Source of the DNA: Octopus vulgaris
Lineage: Eukaryota
DNA length: 64,000 nt
Assembly (NCBI GenBank): GCA_951406725.2
Contig: OX597821.1
Coordinates: 94,674,001-94,738,000 of the forward strand
Direction of reading: 5' to 3'
Shown: in pieces, positions 56,521 to 64,000 of the stretch
How positions within the stretch are numbered: the stretch's first letter is position 1
Layout: each line of letters starts with the position of its first letter
Position numbers and translations under genes: made by a program
The notes under the pieces: model-generated
Database searches by the model: none
Told to the model about the DNA's origin: nothing
Seen by the model: only the letters and a program-made list of their open reading frames with translations

Positions 56521-56945
56521 ATGAAAGTGACAAAGGAGCATATTCGGCATATTTTACTTTATGAGTTCAATAAAGGCAACAAAGCAACGGAAAGTGCAAG
56601 GAATGTTAATGCAGAATATGGGTATCGGACATTAAGCGTAAGCCAGTCAACGGAGGATCTAGATATTCTGAGGCGGAAGCTACAGCCTAGAAGACGACCC
56701 TCATTCTGAAAGATCTGTAGAGCTCGACGAGGACGTCCTGCAAACCCTGATGGAACAAAATCCCATCGTAAATGTTAAAGAACTAGCAGAGATGCTTGGA
56801 TTTGGTCATTCAATTATTCATCGACAACTGCGTATCATCGAAAACGTCAGCAAATTGGGTCAATGGATTCCTCACAAACATTCTGAGTCTAATCTTGCGC
56901 AGAAAGTGAATATGTGCTCTTCTTTGCTGCCATGTCTTACGAATG
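56521..56945 (+). pseudogene. Mariner transposase fragment, frameshifted
   Basis: MKVTKEHIRHILLYEFNKGNKATESARN...EQNPIVNVKELAEMLG...SKLGQWIPH (WVPHEL-like). Confidence 0.88.
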
Positions 56946-57010
56946 GACCTAAACACACCAGCATCGGTGAAGCGATGTTGGGGAACGCCACGCACCCATT
57001 TCCAAGTAAG

Positions 57011-57054
<44 letters not shown>

Positions 57055-57083
57055 GTATGTATGTATGTATGTATGTGTGTATG

Positions 57084-57126
<43 letters not shown>

Positions 57127-57253
57127 TAAGCAATAAAGGGTTTGGCAACGAATTGCCTTACCACATACACCCTTCATATATATATATATATATATATATG
57201 GACATATATATGTATGTATACATATGTTATATATATGGACATATATATGTATG

Positions 57254-57317
<64 letters not shown>

Positions 57318-57889
57318 CATACACACATACATACATACATACGTACGTACATACATACATACATACATACATACATACATACATACATACATACATACAT
57401 ACATACATACATACAGGTTTCAGAAATGATTGCCTTCATCGCACCTTCACCTCATACACAATACTCATTCTCTCCTTTATTCTCCCCTTTTTTTTATTTT
57501 ATCACAACTTCGACCCCCCCCCCCACCATCTCTCGTTTGCTGATCACTGTCCTTGACATTTTCGCGAAGGATGCCTAAAAATAAAGTGCAGAGAGCCAGC
57601 CCCTGACTATTAAAAACAACAACCTGGATTGCTTACGTAGCTAAAATCACATAGTTAGCATGTCTAACAGGTCTTGAAAAACGGCTTACTTTTCTGTTAC
57701 TTCTGCTCTTTTCATCCCTTCTAAAAATGGCACCGAGAGACTTCGTCTGTTTAAGTGAAAAGCGATATGACAGCTATGAGCATGGAAATAGATATATGTA
57801 AAGGCTTGCGTATACCCAGCAAGTATTCCTTCATTAAGCGAAATTGAGACAGGAATGTTGTATGATGGGATAGAAAAATTTACTTTCAT

Positions 57890-57901
57890 TATTATCATCA
57901 A

Positions 57902-57962
<61 letters not shown>

Positions 57963-58097
57963 ATCATTATCATCATCATCATTATTATTATTATTGAGTG
58001 AGAGAGCAGTTCATGCCATCAAAGTGACACTGGGGTAAAATATACGAAGCCCAATATACCCATCATGACTACCCGTCTGATAAAGGTACACCAGGCA

Positions 58098-58188
<91 letters not shown>

Positions 58189-58216
58189 ATTATTATTACC
58201 ATCATCATTATCATCA

Positions 58217-58280
<64 letters not shown>

Positions 58281-58320
58281 CACTATTATTATTATTATTG
58301 TTATTATCACTATTATTATA
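57890..58320. repeat. (TAT/CAT/TGT)n microsatellite with a ~105-bp unclassified insert (57993-58098)
   Basis: Read directly. Confidence 0.85.
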
Positions 58321-58784
58321 AATTGTTCGTTCTATTCAACAGATATTAATAATGAGTAGAAGATATTCTATGGCCTGCTGTGGATGTTTTGTGAATGAGT
58401 AATCTAATTCTATGAAGTAATGATATTTAATCATTATTTCTTTTATTGGCCACAAGGGCCTAAATCGCATCATAAAAAACGTGTCTTACACAAAGGTTAG
58501 AAAACATGTAACTATGTGTGTGTGTGTGTGTATGTATGTATATGTGTGTGCGTAAGTGCACGTGTATGTTTCTAATTTAAGTGCAATGCCTGCTGTTTTT
58601 GAGGTGATGTGTAGAGTGTCGACTCCGGTATTTCACCGGTGCTTTATTTTACCGATTCTGGAGGACAAAACGCAAAGCAGACCACGGCAGGATTTGACAG
58701 CACAACTTAATGAGCAGGAGCAAATAACATAAAGAGTTAGTGCTGACACGCTAACGTTTCTGTCAGTCCCCTTTAATAATAATA

Positions 58785-58980
58785 ATCCTTTCTGCTATGG
58801 GCACATGGATTGAAATTTTGATGGCGGGTCTAGTCTATTTCAGTGACCACACAACACAACTGGTGCCTCCTATTTCATTGACCCCGAGAGGATTGCAGGC
58901 AAAGTCGACCCCGGTGGTATTTGAACTCGGAACGTCAAGACGGACGAAATGATGCTAAGCATTTTGTCCGGCGTGCTAAG
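58785..58980 (-). mobile_element. SINE family C, diverged
   Basis: gaccccgagaggattgcaggcaaagtcgacc...gaactcggaacg. Confidence 0.75.
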
Positions 58981-59004
58981 GAAATATATAGCTTGCCGGC
59001 TGGG

Positions 59005-59460
59005 ATTATTATGTTTTGTGCGCATATCATAAAAAGCGGCAACGTATTGTCATTTGATGGTGAATAACGATTCAGTGGGGAGAGAATTAAGGATGTTGAG
59101 GCGGATGGATATAAGTACCTGGGTATTTTGAAGTATGACAAAATCAAGGAGAGTGAGATGAAGGAAGGCTTTAGGCGAGAATACTTCAGGGGAACAAATA
59201 AATTATGGAGAACAATGAAAGGACAAGATTAGGACAAAGAACACGTGGGCTGTCTCCTTAATGCGATATGGTGCAGGTGTTGTTAGATAGACAAAGAACG
59301 AGCTTGAGGAAATAGAGAGGAAAACAGAGAAGGGGTTGACAATGAACGAGGAACTGCACCCTAAAAGCAATGTGTCTAGAAACAAGGGACGAAGAGAACA
59401 CAAAATCTGTGTTGTCAAAGAGGAAAACAATCTTGATGATACGTCAAACAGCAAATTGAA
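59005..59460 (+). pseudogene. Non-LTR retrotransposon RT C-terminal fragment (R4/Dong-like)
   Basis: GYKYLGILKYDKIKESEMKEGFRREY, TWAVSLMRYGAGVV, ELEEIERKT..MNEELHPKSNV. Confidence 0.75.
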
Positions 59461-59509
59461 CTCGATATGTAGCACGCAAGCGCGCGCACACAAGCATATA
59501 TAGACATAT

Positions 59510-59944
59510 TCTCTTTTACTCTTTTACTTGTTTCAGTCATTTGACTGCGGCCATGCTGGAGCACCACCGCCTTTAGTCGAGCAAATCGACCCCGGGACTT
59601 ATTCTTTTGTAAGCCCAGTACTTATTCTATCGGTCTCTTTTGCAGAACCGCTAGGTGACGGGGACGTAAACACACCAGCATCGGTTGTCAAGCAATGCTA
59701 GGGGAACAAACGCAGACACACACACACATATATATATATTTATACGACAGGCTTCTTTCAGTTTCCGTCTACCAAATCCTCTCATAAGGCATTGGTCGGC
59801 CCGGGGCTATAGCAGAAGACACTTGCCCAAGATGCCACGCAGTGGGACTGAACCCGGAACCATGTGGTTGGTTAGCAAGCTACTTACCACACAGCCATTC
59901 CTGCGCCTATGCCACTCCTGCGCCTATGCCACTCCTGCGCCTAT
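59510..59944 (-). mobile_element. SINE family B with a triplicated 5' 17-mer
   Basis: gcca(t/c)tcctgcgcctat occurs three times at 59894-59944. Confidence 0.92.
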
Positions 59945-60206
59945 ATATATATATATGCGTTATATATATGTGCTCACACGGAAAGGAAAAGTTAATATGA
60001 TTTTTAAAATAGCAAATGCCATAAATGACCAAAATAAATAACAATTAAAAACATCACAAAATATAAAACAATAGATATGGTTGTTTCACTTTGAATGAGT
60101 TTCCTATAGACAATTCAAAATAATGTGTCAGAAATGAGATACTGAAGGGCTGAAAGTAAAGAAAAACCCAACACTGCCCTATTCATACTTAACAGTATAC
60201 TGTATG

Positions 60207-60655
60207 CAGTAAACTACTTTCTATCCGGCACCACTGGGGTTAGAGAGCTGCCGGATAATTGAATTTTTCGGATATCTGATCATCAGTTCTTTTAATTATC
60301 ATAGTTCCTTACAAAACTCATTAAAATTCTATATATGCATCAGTATTATCATTAATATTCTAAATATAGGAGAAATGTGAGAAATAGGAAGAGATAAAAA
60401 TATGATTTAAGTAATGAGTAACTTTTATTAGCTTCATAAAATAGAGGAACTGTAAATGCAATAAAATAACACAACGATCTATTTTAGATAAACAGTAGAA
60501 ACTTTCTTTTAATGGCAATTAAGTAATTAACAGAAATTACCACGGATTCTCTTAAATCATTTTTCTCTTCCTGTTTTTTCATTTCTCTTTTTATCTGGGT
60601 GCCGGTTGCTTGAGAGTCCCGGTTATTTGAGTACCGGATATATTTGAGTTTACTG
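60207..60655. mobile_element. Tigger/pogo-like MITE
   Basis: TIRs cagtaaact...tatccggca / taccggata...agtttactg. Confidence 0.65.
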
Positions 60656-60689
60656 GACTTAATCCATATCCCAGTGATCTTCGAAGTTA

Positions 60690-61082
60690 CCGTGGTCTTT
60701 TTCGTAGGCTTTTCTTCCCACGGATAAACCTTACTTGCTTTCCCCTTTACACCATATATCATAACACTGTGATACACGATCCCTATTGATCGTTTTTTTT
60801 TCCTCTTCCCCTTTTTTTCCCCTTTTTTCTTCTTTTTTCATTTCTCTTTTCTTTTGTTCCTTTTCCTTTTCTTTTTTTCTTTTTATTCTTTTTATTTTTT
60901 ATTTTATTTATTTATTTTTTTTGTTCTCTTCTTCCCTTTTACGATCCCTCTTGATCGAAAACCTACGCCACCCCCTTTTTTTTCTTCTTTTGTTTTTTGT
61001 TTTTTTCATCCCCCAAAAGAAAAGCTCTACCTTGTAACTTGTCCCATCTGTGTGCAGCCCTGTGTGGCCAATAAAGAAACTT
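60690..61082 (+). mobile_element. Probable LINE 3' UTR fragment sharing its tail with SINE family C
   Basis: Ends ttgtcccatctgtgtgcagccctgtgtggccaataaagaaa. Confidence 0.5.
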
Positions 61083-61364
61083 ATCTTCGAAGTTATTGTT
61101 ACGATTGTTGGTCACCATAAGTTACAATTTGTTTCTGCTATGGGCCCAGCCTGTATTTAGGAAGTACATAATCTTATATAACACCTCTACACCATTTCTT
61201 TATTTGTAGGATGTTCTTTGAAGACAGCAAAATGAGTCGCCAGAACGTTGGCTAGAATGCCTTGCAATAATCACTCCAGTTCTCTGCAAGTATAAGTTCA
61301 AATCCCGCTCAGATCTCGTCTTTCATCCTTTTTGACGTCAATAAATAAAATTATCAATCAAATG

Positions 61365-61443
61365 CTTCTTCTTCTTCTTCTTCTTCTTCTTCTTCTTCTT
61401 CTTCTTCTTCTTCTTCTTCTTCTTCTTCTTCTTCTTCTTCTTC

Positions 61444-61478
<35 letters not shown>

Positions 61479-61552
61479 ATTCTTCTTCTTCTTCTTCTTC
61501 TTCTTCTTCTTCTTCTTCTTCTTCTTCTTCTTCTTCTTCTTCTTCTTCTTCT
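61365..61552. repeat. (TTC)n/(CAT)n microsatellite
   Basis: Read directly. Confidence 0.95.
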
Positions 61553-61744
61553 TTTTCTCTCGCATACTTTTTCTCCTTCTGGTAGAATTACATATGACCG
61601 ACAAGTTAAAAAAAAAAATGAACGAAAATCATCCAAAGAAAGGCTGCAAGAAACGACATCTGTACGGGTCCTAGAGAATCTCGTAACAGCCACATAGCTC
61701 TGAAAAAATAAAAGTCCTCAGGGTTCATTCATACTTAATAACAC

Positions 61745-61791
<47 letters not shown>

Positions 61792-62066
61792 TCTTTCTCT
61801 CTTTAGCATGCAGTATGAAAGAGATTTGGTCGCTATTTGTAGCCAGTCGAGCCCTCACAGAGAAGCTTTCTGAATGTTCGTTGTTGCTGCTATAATATAT
61901 TTAACCCTGGCCCATCCCTGTTGCAGTTTATCTATGATCTCGGGTGTTCAAGAATTAACCGTCTCACCCTTTTTACAGACATAGTGCATATAAGACTACG
62001 TTATCTATCGTATCCTTGTTTACGCAGTACATCAAATACTACTTAACATAATATCGTACGATTCTA

Positions 62067-62365
62067 AGCGCAGGCGTAGCTGTGTAGTAAGAAGTTTGCT
62101 TCCCAGTCGCACTGTTTTGAGTTCAGTCCTACTGCATGGCACCTTGAGCAACTGTCTTCTACTATAGCCTCAGGCTGTTGTCTGTGTTTGTCCCCGCCAC
62201 CGCGCCGCTTCACAACAGTTGCTGATGTGTTTACGTGTCCGTAACTTAGCGGTTCGGCAAAAAAGAATGACAGAATAAGTAGCAGACTTAAAAATTAATA
62301 TAAAGAAAGTACTGGGGTCGATACATTCGTCAAAAAATTCTCCCCAGTATGGTTGCAGTCTAATG
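62067..62365 (+). mobile_element. Diverged SINE family B
   Basis: aagcgcaggcgtagctgtgtag...caccttgagcaac...cttagcggttcggc. Confidence 0.75.
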
Positions 62366-62421
62366 AGGTTTTGCAATTGATTCAAGCAACCGTGTTGAAG
62401 TTCTATCGTTGGTTTCCGCCA

Positions 62422-62529
<108 letters not shown>

Positions 62530-62594
62530 CAGACAGATAGACAGACAGATAGACAGGCAGACAGACAGAGGATCTTTATCTTTTGTATTTGACA

Positions 62595-62860
62595 TGTTTC
62601 AGTAGTCATTATAAGTACGTTTCTGATAGGTTTGTTCAATTGGTCTATTGATCAGTTGAGCAAAAATTGAACGACCTAAACATTGTGTAAACCTATCGGT
62701 AACATACCTGTAGTGACTACTGGAAACAGCTGTAAGTTAAATTTGTTCTACTAAAGGAAAAAACATGTAACGACCATTATTTATACCTTGTCTTATATAT
62801 CACTCTGTGTAAAAACCAGTTTTGACAGTAGCCCATCTACGGATTTACAATATAGAATTA

Positions 62861-62937
<77 letters not shown>

Positions 62938-63229
62938 CTATCTATCCATCTCTCTCGCTTTATATATATATATATATTATATATATATTATATAATAAAG
63001 ACAAAATATAAATAATGGCCATTACATATTTTTCCTTTATTGGAGCAAATTTGGCCTACAGCTGTTTTCAGTAGTCATTATAGGTACCTTACTGATAGCC
63101 TTACTCAATTAGTCTATTGATCAGTTGAGAAAAATTGAACGACCATTATTTATACCTTGTCTTGTATATCACTCTGTGTAAATACCAGTTTTGTCTGTAG
63201 CCCATCTACGGATTTACAGTATAGAATTA

Positions 63230-63232
<3 letters not shown>
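62595..63232. repeat. Two partial copies of a foldback element in direct and inverted arrangement around (TA)n
   Basis: 62597-62676 matches 63066-63143 and 62769-62863 matches 63138-63232 (direct); 62690-62795 is inverted relative to 62998-63100. Confidence 0.75.
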
Positions 63233-63277
<45 letters not shown>

Positions 63278-63342
63278 GACCTGTCAAATACAAAAGATAA
63301 AGATTTTTTTCCTCTGTCTGTCTGCTCTGTCTATCTTGTCTG

Positions 63343-63373
<31 letters not shown>

Positions 63374-63431
63374 ACTCTCTCTCTCTCTCTTCCATATCTC
63401 TCTCTCTCATTTTTCTCTCTCTCTCTCTATA

Positions 63432-63494
<63 letters not shown>

Positions 63495-63719
63495 GTATAT
63501 GTGTGTATATATATATATGAATATATAGTCAATCCAAGCAAGAAAAAACAACGCGATGACGTGGAATAAGTATAGTGTTATTGGACGCTCAGGAAAGGAA
63601 AGAAGAGAAAGCGGATTTCATGTTTCCAGGAGAGCTCTTTATCAGAAATATAGAAAAAGTCCAAAGAAGGGAAGACGGAGAAAGAAAATCGCCAACGATA
63701 CACGCGCGGTATATATATA

Positions 63720-63904
63720 CTCTTACTCTTTACTCTTTTACTTGTTTCAGTCATTTGCCTTTAATCGAGCAACTCGACCCCGGGACTTATTCTTTTGTAA
63801 GCCCGGTACTTATTCTATCGGTCTCTTCTGCCGAACCGCCAAGTAACGGGGACATAATCACACCAGCATCGGTTGTCAAGCAATGCTAGGCGGACAAACA
63901 CACA

Positions 63905-63968
<64 letters not shown>

Positions 63969-64000
63969 TACGACGGGCTTCTTTCAGTTTCCGTCTACCA
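63720..64000 (-). mobile_element. SINE family B, cut by the window end
   Basis: Matches family B. Confidence 0.9.

Overview
AT-rich, microsatellite-saturated animal DNA with no host protein-coding exon that I can support, so probably intronic or intergenic. The SINE repertoire looks like an octopus (cephalopod) genome; this is an inference from recognising the repeats. The window is a mosaic of three abundant tRNA-derived SINE families (called A, B and C here), Tigger-like, hAT/Charlie and mariner MITEs, and a non-autonomous Helitron. It also holds decayed coding fragments of mariner/Tc1 transposases, a Helitron PIF1 helicase, RTE and R4/Dong LINEs, and Penelope-like (PLE) RT and GIY-YIG domains. 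Almost all listed ORFs are translations of microsatellites or SINEs. The most interesting signal is a set of type I hammerhead-ribozyme motifs in small non-coding elements. The best case is a single TSD-flanked insertion (17211-17728, minus) joining a Pol III tRNA head to a Penelope-type minimal hammerhead, a candidate ribozyme-bearing, PLE-mobilised SINE. Also notable are a TSD-flanked SINE trimer with identical junctions, recurrent inverted duplications anchored on (TA)n tracts, and several multi-level nested insertions. All alignments and folds were done by eye, so coordinates of diverged elements are approximate.
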